Under the pieces are notes generated by a model. The model searched no databases and was not told the origin of the DNA. It saw only the letters and a program-made list of their open reading frames with translations. This document shows, one piece after another, positions 1-10,377 of a DNA stretch of 32,000 nt. The position numbers and the translations under genes were made by a program. This DNA comes from Psychrobacter cryohalolentis K5 (lineage in GTDB: Bacteria; Pseudomonadota; Gammaproteobacteria; Pseudomonadales; Moraxellaceae). Every line of letters begins with the position of its first letter. The first letter of the stretch is position 1. Where the stretch lies: the NCBI RefSeq assembly GCF_000013905.1, contig NC_007969.1, forward strand, positions 2,100,001 to 2,132,000, read 5' to 3'.

Positions 1-1815
1 AAGTGGCAATTTGATGCCAAAAGCATAGATTTAGACACTGAGACAGGACGCGGTGAAGCTTACAATACCACCTTCCGTATTGCTGATGTGCCTGTATTTT
101 ATCTGCCCTATTTTAACTTTCCAATAGACAGTCGACGCGGTAGTGGCTTCTTATTGCCTAATGCAAGTATCAGTAGCGAAAACGGACTTGAAATTGATGT
201 GCCTTATTATTTCAACCTAGCTCCCAACTATGATGCCACGCTAAGCACGCATATTTATACCACTCGTAATCCTATGCTATCTGGAGAGTTTCGTTATTTA
301 ACAGAAAATTATGGCGAGGGTATCTTTAATGGTTCGTACTTGCCTAATGATAAAGAATACGATGGCGAAGACCGCCGCAGTTTGTTCTATGATCATTATT
401 GGTCATCTACCAGCATCCCACGCCTAAGCGGTGAGGCCAAATACAGCTACGTATCTGATGCCGACTACCTTAATGATTTTGATACGCTAGGTTTATCAGA
501 TAACACCTTAAACTTGCCGCGCCGAGCGCAACTGAATTATTATAATGACTATGTCGACGGCGAGCTAAAAGTAGAAACCTTCCAAACACTTGATGCGTTG
601 AATAACAATGGGCAGATGTTGCAAGATAAAGACAAGCCTTACTCGCGCCTACCGCAGCTCAAACTTGATTACCGTCTACCTTGGGCAAAGCATTTTGATA
701 TCACTGGCGTCAGTGACTCCGCTTATTTTAAAAAATCTATCGATGATGGTTCTGAGAATGAAAAAAGTGGCACACGTTTTTATAATAAACTCAGTGCATC
801 TTATCCTATGGAGAACTCATGGGGTTATATCAAGCCAAAGCTAAGCTTACAACATCTGTTTACCACTTATGATGAAGATAGCTTAGTTGACAATTCACTG
901 GATAAAGATGATGGCAGCCAGTCAGTGTTTGTCCCGCAAGCCAGTATTGATGCAGGTTTACATTTTTATCAAGCCGGCTCACCGTTTGGCGCATTTGATG
1001 ACACGTTAGGTGGTTATCGTTTACTTAGCCCGCGCCTGAAATATACTTACTCGCCTTATAGAGACCAAAACGATATTCCAAACTTTAATACTCGTATTGC
1101 CTCTATTAACTATGAGCAGTTATTCTCAGACAGCTGGTTTTTAGGGCATGATCGCTTACAAGATTTACATGCTTTTACCCCAGGTATTAACTATCGTTAC
1201 ATCGATGCAACGGGCGTGACACGTTTTGATGGTAGCATTGGTGAACAATTTTATCTCGATGATGGACGCGTTACGCTTGATAATACAAAACCTGTCTTTA
1301 CCTCATCCTCTTCAGGGCTAGTTTGGGATACCAGCACACAGCCTTATAATAATGTCTGGGTCGATGTGAGTGGCGCGCTGACCAATAGCTACGATTTAAA
1401 TTATATTACTACTGAGTTACGTTACCAGCCATCTGATAGAAGCTTATTTAATGTAGGCTTTATCAAACGTCAACGTGATGAAAATACCAACCAGTTACCA
1501 CTGTCTGCATTGACAGCGTCAGCAGTTTTCCCAATCAATAATAACTGGCGTGTACTGGCTCAAGGTCAATACGACTATAATCGCAACCAAATGCTCGATT
1601 CATTGATTGGGATCGATTATGAAGATTGCTGTTTTGGCTTTGCGGTTTATGGTCGTCGTTACTATAATGACTTGAATATTGCTGAAAAACCCACACAAGC
1701 GATTATGGCAGAAGTAAGATTAAGTGGTCTTGGCAGTGGTAGTAGCCGTTTGACACGCTTACTTGCTGATAAAGTATTAGGTTTTGAACCTGTTCAAAAT
1801 GCATGGAAAGACTAA
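1..1815 (+). CDS. lptD: LPS-assembly outer membrane protein LptD, C-terminal part (5' end lies upstream of the window)
   Basis: Frame 1 is open from base 1, and the listed start at 88 is an in-frame GTG. The translation shows LptD/OstA C-terminal barrel hallmarks (VPVFYLPYFNFPIDSRRGSGFLLPN, alternating aromatic beta-strand pattern, DYEDCCFGF). surA follows, as in the conserved lptD-surA arrangement. Confidence 0.9.
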   Translation, partial: KWQFDAKSIDLDTETGRGEAYNTTFRIADVPVFYLPYFNFPIDSRRGSGFLLPNASISSENGLEIDVPYYFNLAPNYDATLSTHIYTTRNPMLSGEFRYLTENYGEGIFNGSYLPNDKEYDGEDRRSLFYDHYWSSTSIPRLSGEAKYSYVSDADYLNDFDTLGLSDNTLNLPRRAQLNYYNDYVDGELKVETFQTLDALNNNGQMLQDKDKPYSRLPQLKLDYRLPWAKHFDITGVSDSAYFKKSIDDGSENEKSGTRFYNKLSASYPMENSWGYIKPKLSLQHLFTTYDEDSLVDNSLDKDDGSQSVFVPQASIDAGLHFYQAGSPFGAFDDTLGGYRLLSPRLKYTYSPYRDQNDIPNFNTRIASINYEQLFSDSWFLGHDRLQDLHAFTPGINYRYIDATGVTRFDGSIGEQFYLDDGRVTLDNTKPVFTSSSSGLVWDTSTQPYNNVWVDVSGALTNSYDLNYITTELRYQPSDRSLFNVGFIKRQRDENTNQLPLSALTASAVFPINNNWRVLAQGQYDYNRNQMLDSLIGIDYEDCCFGFAVYGRRYYNDLNIAEKPTQAIMAEVRLSGLGSGSSRLTRLLADKVLGFEPVQNAWKD

Positions 1816-1992
1816 TAACATGATAAGAGACAAGCCTAATTTATAGCCTAGTATGTATGGTATAAACTGGTTTGCATTCTATTATAAACAACCCTAGCTA
1901 ATACTTTAGTATTAACATTATTTGATGCTAAAGCAGTGGCTAGTGGATTTAACCGATTACCATCCGATGCAATGACATTGATGAGGAGCATC

Positions 1993-3390
1993 ATGAGATT
2001 TTTTTCTTTACGCCAAACAAGCCAAGCAGTATTCCTATCGATGGGCTTAATGACTGCTCTTGGTATGAGCGTTAGTGCCCAAGCAGCAACGGTGAACTCT
2101 GCAAAAGCGCAAGCGACGACAACTCAAAAAAACAACGTGGCCCGTTTAACGCCTGCCAATAGTACAGATGGCATAATTGCATTGGTGAATGAAAATGCGA
2201 TTTTAAAAAGTGATCTCATTGCTGCCATTGCTCAGACACAGGCACGTGCAAAAGCGGCGGGTGAACCTATTGCCAATTCAGCACAGTTACAGTCAGAAGT
2301 ATTAAACGCCCTTATTTTGCGCGAACTACAGCTGTCCTTGATCAAACGTGTTGGTTTAAATCCCGATGAAGCGTCTATCAATAAGCGCTTAGAACAAATA
2401 GCAAAAGCAGAAGGTTTAAATAGCATCGCCGCTTTACAACAGCGTTTAGACTCAGCGCAATCGGGCAGCTACGCGACTTTGCGCGCGCAGTTGATTGAAG
2501 ATGCCGCTATTCAAGCCTTACAACAGCGTCAAATCACCAATCGTGTGCGTATTAGCGAGCAGGATATTGATGCATTTTTGGCATCACCTGAAGCCAAACG
2601 CTTGAACCAAAGTGAGTATCAGACAGTCCATGTCCGTGTTCCATATATGGATGACTATAGTCGCCTATCAGAAGCACAGCGTAATGACGCTTTAAAAGTG
2701 GCACAAAAGTTACGTACACGCCTTCTTGTGCCAAATGTCAATGTCGCTGAAGCGATTGCAGCCAGTCAAGGCAGCTACCCTATCCCATTACAAGGTGGTG
2801 ATATGGGCTTTCATAAAGCCGCTGCCCTCCCAACTGAGCTATCGAGCGAGATTACCAAACTTGAGGTTGGCGCTGTGAGTGCGCCTTTAGTCACCCCTGA
2901 AGGTATCGATATTATTAAGCTTGCCAATAAAAAAGCCAATGATACCATGCTTGTTCCTCAGTGGAATACTCGTCATATCTTGGTTAAAGTTGATGAGCTA
3001 CAAACAGATGCTCTTGCTGAGCAAAAAATTAACGACCTATATAGTCAGCTACGTAATGGTGCTGCCTTTGATAGTCTAGCATCAACGTATTCAGACGATC
3101 CTGGTTCAGCAGGGCGCGGCGGCGATTTAGATTGGGTTGGTGAAGATCAAATGATTGCTCCGTTTGAAGCAATGATGAAAAACACAGCTGTCGGTGACTA
3201 TTCTGCCCCGTTTAAAACGCAATTTGGTTGGCACATACTCAAAGTTGAAGGTAAGCGTCAACAAGATGTCAGCGATGAGTATCGTCGCACTATGGCACGT
3301 CAAGCTCTATATCAACGCCTAGCACCACAAGCCAAAGAAGACTGGCTACAAGAGTTACGTGCTGGCGCTTATATCCAAGTGCTTGGTTAA
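1993..3390 (+). CDS. surA: Periplasmic chaperone / peptidyl-prolyl isomerase SurA
   Basis: The ORF spans 1936..3390. The ATG at 1993 is preceded by GAGGAG (1983-1988) and gives a signal peptide (MRFFSLRQTSQAVFLSMGLMTALGMSVSAQA). An N-terminal chaperone domain is followed by two parvulin-like segments (GGDMGFH...; HILVKV...GGDLDWV...FGWHILKVEGKR). Position downstream of lptD fits. Confidence 0.88.
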   Translation: MRFFSLRQTSQAVFLSMGLMTALGMSVSAQAATVNSAKAQATTTQKNNVARLTPANSTDGIIALVNENAILKSDLIAAIAQTQARAKAAGEPIANSAQLQSEVLNALILRELQLSLIKRVGLNPDEASINKRLEQIAKAEGLNSIAALQQRLDSAQSGSYATLRAQLIEDAAIQALQQRQITNRVRISEQDIDAFLASPEAKRLNQSEYQTVHVRVPYMDDYSRLSEAQRNDALKVAQKLRTRLLVPNVNVAEAIAASQGSYPIPLQGGDMGFHKAAALPTELSSEITKLEVGAVSAPLVTPEGIDIIKLANKKANDTMLVPQWNTRHILVKVDELQTDALAEQKINDLYSQLRNGAAFDSLASTYSDDPGSAGRGGDLDWVGEDQMIAPFEAMMKNTAVGDYSAPFKTQFGWHILKVEGKRQQDVSDEYRRTMARQALYQRLAPQAKEDWLQELRAGAYIQVLG

Positions 3391-3429
3391 TGATCAAGTG
3401 AACTAAATAACCAGTCAAAGTATTTTATA

Positions 3430-3466
3430 AAAAAGGGTATATGCCGGTGCGTATATCCTTTTTTTA
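3430..3466 (+). terminator. Rho-independent terminator downstream of surA
   Basis: Stem gggtatatgc (3435-3444), loop cggt, stem gcgtatatcc (10 bp including 2 G-U pairs), then T7 (3459-3465). An A-run lies upstream. Confidence 0.7.
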
Positions 3467-3570
3467 TGCCTTTTGATTTGTTATTTACTTGAAAATAATA
3501 GCAGATACATAAATGCTCAAGCATAAAAAGAACGAGTAAAAATATATAAATTAATAACGTAAGCACAAAG

Positions 3571-3609
3571 AAAAGCCCCGAACCTAGGGCGATTGGTTCG
3601 GGGCTATGG
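3571..3609 (-). terminator. Orphan terminator-like hairpin in the surA/EEP spacer
   Basis: Perfect 11-bp GC-rich stem: agccccgaacc (3574-3584) pairs with ggttcggggct (3595-3605), 10-nt loop. On the minus strand it is followed by tttctttgtg. On the plus strand it is followed by atggttttt. It lies about 275 nt beyond the stop of the nearest minus-strand gene. Confidence 0.5.
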
Positions 3610-3879
3610 TTTTTCATATTATTATTGTTATCTCTTCCGTGTTGACTCATCCTAAGTCATAAACAGTAATCCATGAGACAGTGGGCTGTCCTGTCCTATT
3701 ATTGATACTGTCTCAACACTACATCCTTGCGTATCCTTGTGTTGATGGATGTATTCTAAGACAATTGATGTGCAGCGACTAGAGGCTAAAGACCTTATTT
3801 AACGTAAGCATTTGCTTACGTCTGAATTACTTCGTTAGCAGGTATTCTTTGCTTATTAGGATTCTGCTGAATTTCACTT

Positions 3880-5001
3880 CTATTCCGATTCTTCATGCTC
3901 TTTAGACACCTTGCAACCTTCTTTTTTGCCTGCTTCGATCTTATTTTCCGCCTCTTTAAAGTCGGCTGCTTGTGCTGTAGGAGCATTTCCTTTTTGATTA
4001 CTCTCCTCTTCTGGCTCATATTGCAACGTTGTCATCACAGGAAAGTGGTCAGAGCCAATCGAAGGTAAACGTTCAATATCAATCACTGTGAAGCAAGCGC
4101 TATGGAAAAGATGATCCAATGCCCAACGTAAAAAAGGATAGTTAACGTGAAAAGTATTGATAAAATGTCGCCCAATACGGGGATCTAGTAGCCCTGAAAT
4201 ACGTTGAAAACGACGTGTGGTCTGTGACCAAGCAACGTCATTAAGATCACCTGCCAATATGGCCGTTTGCTTATTGTCTTTAATATGCTTGCCAACCATC
4301 AATAGCTCAGCATCACGGGTCGTAGATTTATCAGCTTCTGTTGGACTGGGGGGCATAGGATGCAAGCAATAAAGCCAAATGACGCGCCCACCTTGCAACT
4401 GTATCTGAGTATGAATAGAAGGTATATCATCAATGATCAAATATTTAATCTCAGGGTCTATCAGCTCAAGCTTAGAATAAAGATGCATACCATATAAATT
4501 ATCTAAAGGCACTTTTACTGTATAAGGGTAATCAGACTCAACTTGATCAAGCGCTTTTTCCCATTTTTCATCACTTTCTAAAGTAATTAAGATATCAGGT
4601 TGTTTCTGTTGTACTAACTCAACCAATTTATAAGTATCATCATTGGTGGTCAACACATTTGAAACCATGATTTTTAACTGATATTCCTCAACATCCGGCT
4701 TATCTTTGGCATTTTGTACTTCTTTCTTCCATAGCAGAGTATAGGGCAATACCATTCTGAGCTGAAAGGCTAACGTAATACTCAAAGCCGCAAACAACAG
4801 CCATTGTTCTAGCTGCCACTGAGGTCCAAATACCACCATGCCAAGCCAAGCAATGATACCAAGTATCATGATTTGAATACGAGGGAAATCCACACCGCGT
4901 ACCCACCAATTATCAAGTGGTAGCCATCCCCAAATAGTGATAAATGCAACGAGCCCTGCCAGTCCTTGCGCACCGTAATATAGAAAGGAGAAATCCATCA
5001 T
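3880..5001 (-). CDS. Membrane-anchored endonuclease/exonuclease/phosphatase (EEP) family protein
   Basis: The N-terminal ~90 aa carry 3-4 hydrophobic helices (LAGLVAFITIWGWLP, IMILGIIAWLGMVVFG, LLFAALSITLAF). The C-terminal part has EEP-type motifs (ILAGDLNDVAWS; GSDHFPV near the end). A K/E-rich tail follows. Confidence 0.8.
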   Translation of the reverse strand: MMDFSFLYYGAQGLAGLVAFITIWGWLPLDNWWVRGVDFPRIQIMILGIIAWLGMVVFGPQWQLEQWLLFAALSITLAFQLRMVLPYTLLWKKEVQNAKDKPDVEEYQLKIMVSNVLTTNDDTYKLVELVQQKQPDILITLESDEKWEKALDQVESDYPYTVKVPLDNLYGMHLYSKLELIDPEIKYLIIDDIPSIHTQIQLQGGRVIWLYCLHPMPPSPTEADKSTTRDAELLMVGKHIKDNKQTAILAGDLNDVAWSQTTRRFQRISGLLDPRIGRHFINTFHVNYPFLRWALDHLFHSACFTVIDIERLPSIGSDHFPVMTTLQYEPEEESNQKGNAPTAQAADFKEAENKIEAGKKEGCKVSKEHEESE

Positions 5002-5493
5002 GTGTATCGACCATTTATCAAATCAACAGTTATGCCATTGATTATGTTCGTTATTATTATGGCTTAGCGTCTATAATAGCTAAACGATAAATTCTCTTAA
5101 TAAAATGCATATAAAAATATTTAAATAAAAAACATAAAAACGAAAAGTGCTTAAGGTAAGCAGTATATATAAAGGCTTACTTTAGCATTCCAGACAACCT
5201 GCGCCTACTATTGAACACTAATTACCTAATAGATACTATAAAACATTACAAAGATCAGGCTTACGTCTGTGCTTATTCTGTTATCAAAGTCGATATTTCA
5301 CTCATGATGAATATCATTTCTCATTCATTAGCAGAGCTAGAAGAATGACCATAACTCAAAGTTATAACTATCATAGTTAATAGTGCTAGTAAAACCCGCG
5401 AAACCCATCAAAAAACCTTGCTTTTTGGAGCTATTCACGGCATTGTTATTGGTTGGCGATGCAACAATTTATTGTAAAAAAGGATTGAGTTTG

Positions 5494-6627
5494 ATGAGTG
5501 ATTTAACAGTAGGTTTGGTAGGCTGGCGCGGTATGGTCGGGTCAGTATTGTTACAACGTATGATGGAAGAAAAAGATTTTGACGGTATTACGCCAGTATT
5601 CTTTTCAACCAGTAATGCAGGCGGTGATGCGCCAAGTTTTGATGGTATTAAGACCAGCCAACTACAAGATGCTCATGATATTGACGCCCTTACCGCTTGT
5701 GATGTGATTATTACCTGCCAAGGTGGCGACTATACCTCAAAAGTACATCAACCACTGCGGGATAGTGGTTGGGCTGGTTATTGGATTGATGCGGCAAGTA
5801 CCTTACGCATGGAAGATGACAGCATCATCATTCTTGATCCGGTTAATCGAGTTGTTATCGATAATGCACTCGCTGAGGGTAAAAAAGACTTTATCGGTGG
5901 CAACTGTACTGTGTCACTAATGCTGATGGCAATTGGTGAGCTGTTTAATAAAGGTTGGGTAGAATGGGTCAGCGCCATGACTTATCAAGCCGCTAGTGGT
6001 TCAGGCGCTAACAACATGCGTGAGCTTATTGAAGGCATGGGTGTATTACGTGATGCTGTTAAAGATGAGCTTGCCAATCCTGCTAGCGCCATTCTTGAGA
6101 TTGATAAAAAAATCGCTCAGACTCAACGCTCAGACGATTTTCCTAAACAATACTTTGGCGTGCCATTGGCCGGTAGCTTGATTCCTTATATCGACTCACA
6201 ATTAGAGAACAAGCAGTCTCGTGAAGAATGGAAAGGTGGTGTTGAAACCAATAAGATCCTTGGCAACTCTGAAGCAGATAAGATTGCTATCGATGGTATG
6301 TGTGTTCGCGTTGGGGCGATGCGCTGTCATGCACAAGGCTTAACGATTAAGCTCAAAAAAGACATTCCACTAAAAGAGATTGAAGCAGCACTGAAGAATA
6401 GCGGTAATCAGTGGTTAGACGTGGTTGAAGACAATAAAGAAGCCACTATGAACCGCTTAACACCTGTTGCAGTAACCGGCACCTTAACGGTTGCACTAGG
6501 TCGCCTGCGTAAGCTTAATATGGGGCCTGAGTATTTAGGCGCATTCACCGTTGGTGACCAACTATTATGGGGCGCGGCTGAGCCATTACGCCGTATGCTG
6601 AACATCATTCGCGAGCAAAATAGCTGA
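5494..6627 (+). CDS. asd: Aspartate-semialdehyde dehydrogenase
   Basis: From the ATG at 5494 (AAGGA about 10 nt upstream) the protein reads [29 protein letters not shown]...[11 protein letters not shown]...[14 protein letters not shown]...[19 protein letters not shown]. It is collinear with the E. coli-type Asd along its length. The 5383 start in the ORF track adds a non-homologous 37 aa. Confidence 0.95.
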   Translation: MSDLTVGLVGWRGMVGSVLLQRMMEEKDFDGITPVFFSTSNAGGDAPSFDGIKTSQLQDAHDIDALTACDVIITCQGGDYTSKVHQPLRDSGWAGYWIDAASTLRMEDDSIIILDPVNRVVIDNALAEGKKDFIGGNCTVSLMLMAIGELFNKGWVEWVSAMTYQAASGSGANNMRELIEGMGVLRDAVKDELANPASAILEIDKKIAQTQRSDDFPKQYFGVPLAGSLIPYIDSQLENKQSREEWKGGVETNKILGNSEADKIAIDGMCVRVGAMRCHAQGLTIKLKKDIPLKEIEAALKNSGNQWLDVVEDNKEATMNRLTPVAVTGTLTVALGRLRKLNMGPEYLGAFTVGDQLLWGAAEPLRRMLNIIREQNS

Positions 6628-6649
6628 AGCTAATATTCTGAATTTGGAT

Positions 6650-6681
6650 ATAAAAAAGACAGCAATTGCTGTCTTTTTTAT
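6650..6681. terminator. Bidirectional terminator between convergent asd and the SOUL-family gene
   Basis: A 32-bp perfect palindrome, ataaaaaagacagcaa|ttgctgtcttttttat. The GC core stem is gacagcaa/ttgctgtc, flanked by A6 and T6. Confidence 0.85.
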
Positions 6682-6684
6682 GAG

Positions 6685-7347
6685 TTATTTTTGCTGATAA
6701 GTGATCATTATTTCATTGCGGCGCATAAATGGCAGTGTCCATGGTGGATTGTAACGTGCCAATTCAGGTTCACCTGACATCTTTAATTTTTGCGCCTGCA
6801 TCCAAGACTGTAATTCTGCCGTTTTCGCAGCCACCTTTTCACTGCCAGCAAGCCCTGAAAACTTAATAACACCGTAAGTCTTAGCGGGTACTTTCACAAT
6901 CTCAATATTTGAATTATTTGGTTTTGGTAGCGTTTGCAGCGTGTATTGGCTTGGCATGGTAAATTGCACACGCCATTTTCCATCGTTTTGTTGCATACTC
7001 ACTGGCGCTGTCATGGCTATTTTTTGTGACTCATCACTGCTATTTTTATTTTCAGATTGCATCGTCACAGGGGCAGTCATGCTGATTTTGCTACTCTCGC
7101 CACTTGGCGCGGTATTGTTACCAAATATATAATCCGCTAACACCTTAAACCCTGCCCGACTGGCGGTATTTTGATCGCCAGAAACCCAAGTTTGCGCCAC
7201 CAATTGCTCATCATAACGACGCAATTCAAAATGTTCAGTTTGCGACAAGACAGTATATTTCGGCTCTTCGGTAGCCATAGCTGCTCCTGATATCGATAAT
7301 AGGCTACTTAACAATAAGCTGCTCTTTAAGTAATTTCTTTTGGTCAT
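6685..7347 (-). CDS. Secreted SOUL heme-binding family protein
   Basis: Signal peptide (MTKRNYLKSSLLLSSLLSISGAAMA|TEE). The duplicated motif KISMTAPVTMQ / KIAMTAPVSMQ, then W..QFTMPS, and the C-terminal ARYNPPWTLPFMRRNEI are characteristic of the SOUL/HEBP fold. A GGAGA Shine-Dalgarno precedes the ATG. Confidence 0.8.
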   Translation of the reverse strand: MTKRNYLKSSLLLSSLLSISGAAMATEEPKYTVLSQTEHFELRRYDEQLVAQTWVSGDQNTASRAGFKVLADYIFGNNTAPSGESSKISMTAPVTMQSENKNSSDESQKIAMTAPVSMQQNDGKWRVQFTMPSQYTLQTLPKPNNSNIEIVKVPAKTYGVIKFSGLAGSEKVAAKTAELQSWMQAQKLKMSGEPELARYNPPWTLPFMRRNEIMITYQQK

Positions 7348-7520
7348 GACTTATCTCCATTGTCCAAAAGCATATAAGGTATTAATACTTGGGTTTTGGT
7401 CTGTTTTCTACTTTAGCAATGACTTGATCACGATGTCTGTAGCTTTTAGTTATAGTCGACTAAAAACACCCCATGAAATCTAAGCTAAATAAACATCAAT
7501 AACCAAAAAAAGCCTAACAA

Positions 7521-7529
7521 TGCTATAAT
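7521..7529 (+). promoter_or_regulatory. Candidate extended -10 element (TGcTATAAT) upstream of tgt
   Basis: tgctataat lies 37 nt upstream of the tgt ATG. No convincing -35 was seen. Confidence 0.35.
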
Positions 7530-7532
7530 TAG

Positions 7533-8717
<1,185 letters not shown>

Positions 8718-8753
8718 TAGTAATTTGACATTAGCTATTCAGATATAAAATAC

Positions 8754-8788
8754 AAAAAAAGGCTTAAGATCAACCTTAAGCCTTTTTT
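8754..8788. terminator. Bidirectional terminator between convergent tgt and the NSS transporter
   Basis: Stem ggcttaag (8761-8768), loop atcaac, stem cttaagcc (8775-8782). It is flanked by A7 upstream and T6 downstream. Confidence 0.85.
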
Positions 8789-8844
8789 GTTCACTAAATT
8801 TTGACAAGCTAACTATCAACAGGATACATATCAAGAATAAATGA

Positions 8845-10197
8845 TTAGCCTACCAATGCAGCCACAAATACCACAATAACTGCGATTGGCGCTACAAATT
8901 TAGTAACGATTTGCCAAATCTGCCAAGTACCGTTTGATAAATTAAGCTCTTGCTGAATGCTACGTTGGTCCATTCTCCAAGCAAAGAAGATAATGCCTGC
9001 AAGACCGGTTAGCGGTAATAAGAACTTACTGGTAAGTTTGTCTAGTGCATCAAAGATGCCGTTGCCCATGATAGTAAAGTCGCTCCATAGGTTAAACGAC
9101 AATAGCGCAGCGATACCCAATAGCCAAATCACGGTACTAGCAGCAATGGTAGACATCGTACGGTTCATAGATGTGCGTTCTTCTAAGAACTCGACACTTG
9201 GCTCTAGCAATGATATCGACGATGTCACAGCAGCAAAGGTAATCAATAAGAAGAACAAAGTACCAATAATCGTACCACCAGCCATGCTACCAAAAGCAAT
9301 CGGTAGACTGACAAAAATCAAACCAGGACCTGATGCAGGATCAAGACCATTGCTAAAGATGATTGGGAAAATGGCCAAACCAGCTGCTAAGGCAATAACT
9401 GTATCTAAAATAACAACCGTACGAGCAGTTTTTAGTAAGTTCACTTCACGACCTAAGTATGAACCATAAGCCACCATGATGCCCATACCAATAGATAGGG
9501 TAAAGAAAGCATGACCCAATGCCGCTAGCATTACATCAACGGTCAACTTGCTCAAATCAGGTGCAAACAAGTAATTAACCGCTTCACCAAAACCACCATT
9601 TATCACGTTATAACCAACAATGATAAATAAAATCACACCCAGTAATGGCATCATGATTTTAGCAGCGTTTTCAATACCGCGTGTCACACCAATACCTACG
9701 ATAAGTGCAGTAATGATCATAAATACCGTATGCCAAATCGTTAGCGTACCTGCTGATGCTAGCATTCCATCAAAGGTTGCAGCGACAGAGTCACTGTTTT
9801 GACCGGCAAAACTGCCCGTGCCAACTTTAGTGATATAGTTCAGCGCCCAGCCACCGATGACACTATAAAAAGAGAGAATTAAAAAACCACCTAAGATACC
9901 AGTTGCACCGACAATACCCCAGCTACTTGACTTACCTTCACTAACAGCAACATCTTTAAAGGTATTAATAGGATTCTTTTGACCACGGCGACCAATGAGC
10001 CACTCAGCGACCAATACAGGAAAACCAACCAAAGCAATACAGAACAAATAGGCAATAACAAAAGCTGAACCACCGCTTTCACCTACCATATAAGGGAATT
10101 TCCAAATATTTCCTAAGCCGACTGCCGAGCCTACTGCTGCAAGTACGAAGCCAAAACTTGAGCTCCACTGCGCATGATCTTGTTTATTACTAGCCAT
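8845..10197 (-). CDS. Sodium-dependent transporter, neurotransmitter:sodium symporter (NSS/SNF) family
   Basis: NSS signature near the N-terminus (WSSSFGFVLAAVGSAVGLGNIWKFPY) and about 11-12 hydrophobic helices. The ATG at 10197 has AGGAAGG 5 nt upstream, so it is preferred over the ORF-track start at 10218. Confidence 0.9.
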   Translation of the reverse strand: MASNKQDHAQWSSSFGFVLAAVGSAVGLGNIWKFPYMVGESGGSAFVIAYLFCIALVGFPVLVAEWLIGRRGQKNPINTFKDVAVSEGKSSSWGIVGATGILGGFLILSFYSVIGGWALNYITKVGTGSFAGQNSDSVAATFDGMLASAGTLTIWHTVFMIITALIVGIGVTRGIENAAKIMMPLLGVILFIIVGYNVINGGFGEAVNYLFAPDLSKLTVDVMLAALGHAFFTLSIGMGIMVAYGSYLGREVNLLKTARTVVILDTVIALAAGLAIFPIIFSNGLDPASGPGLIFVSLPIAFGSMAGGTIIGTLFFLLITFAAVTSSISLLEPSVEFLEERTSMNRTMSTIAASTVIWLLGIAALLSFNLWSDFTIMGNGIFDALDKLTSKFLLPLTGLAGIIFFAWRMDQRSIQQELNLSNGTWQIWQIVTKFVAPIAVIVVFVAALVG

Positions 10198-10285
10198 TTT
10201 TCCTTCCTCATGCTTCAATTAATATTGCTTATAATCATCCTTGATTATTATAAATAGCTGTCCATAATATTTGACTATTTACTCT

Positions 10286-10304
10286 ATGCATCAATGTGAT
10301 GCAT
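10286..10304. promoter_or_regulatory. Operator-like palindrome ATGCATCA-atg-TGATGCAT upstream of the NSS transporter
   Basis: Perfect 8-bp inverted repeat with a 3-bp spacer, about 90 nt upstream of the transporter start. No regulator gene is adjacent. Confidence 0.3.
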
Positions 10305-10377
10305 CCAGCAACATTAAGAAAGAATTGTTTACATTGTTGTAGAGGCTCAGTTTCTGCTAAGCAACTAAAAAAGTCAA

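Noticed and set aside
3387-3650. 87-aa minus-strand ORF with a hydrophobic stretch in the surA-EEP spacer
   Set aside because: It runs straight through two terminator hairpins (3435-3458 and 3574-3605). The sequence is extremely AT-rich with odd composition (runs of N, I, F, L, Y typical of translated AT-rich spacer). I see no Shine-Dalgarno. It is most likely non-coding.
5383-5493. N-terminal extension of asd as listed in the ORF track (start at 5383)
   Set aside because: The extension begins at a non-ATG codon and has no homology to Asd proteins. The ATG at 5494 has an AAGGA Shine-Dalgarno and aligns with residue 1 of E. coli-type Asd.
8957-9469. 170-aa plus-strand ORF, along with the similar ORFs at 20763-21083, 25423-25812, 27520-27807, 29265-29597, 18151-18429 and 10847-11101
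   Set aside because: All lie antisense to, or out of frame within, strongly supported conserved genes (NSS transporter, frr, ntrC, kinase, DUF815, dxr, lpxA). Their translations are low-complexity with no recognisable motifs. These are shadow ORFs.
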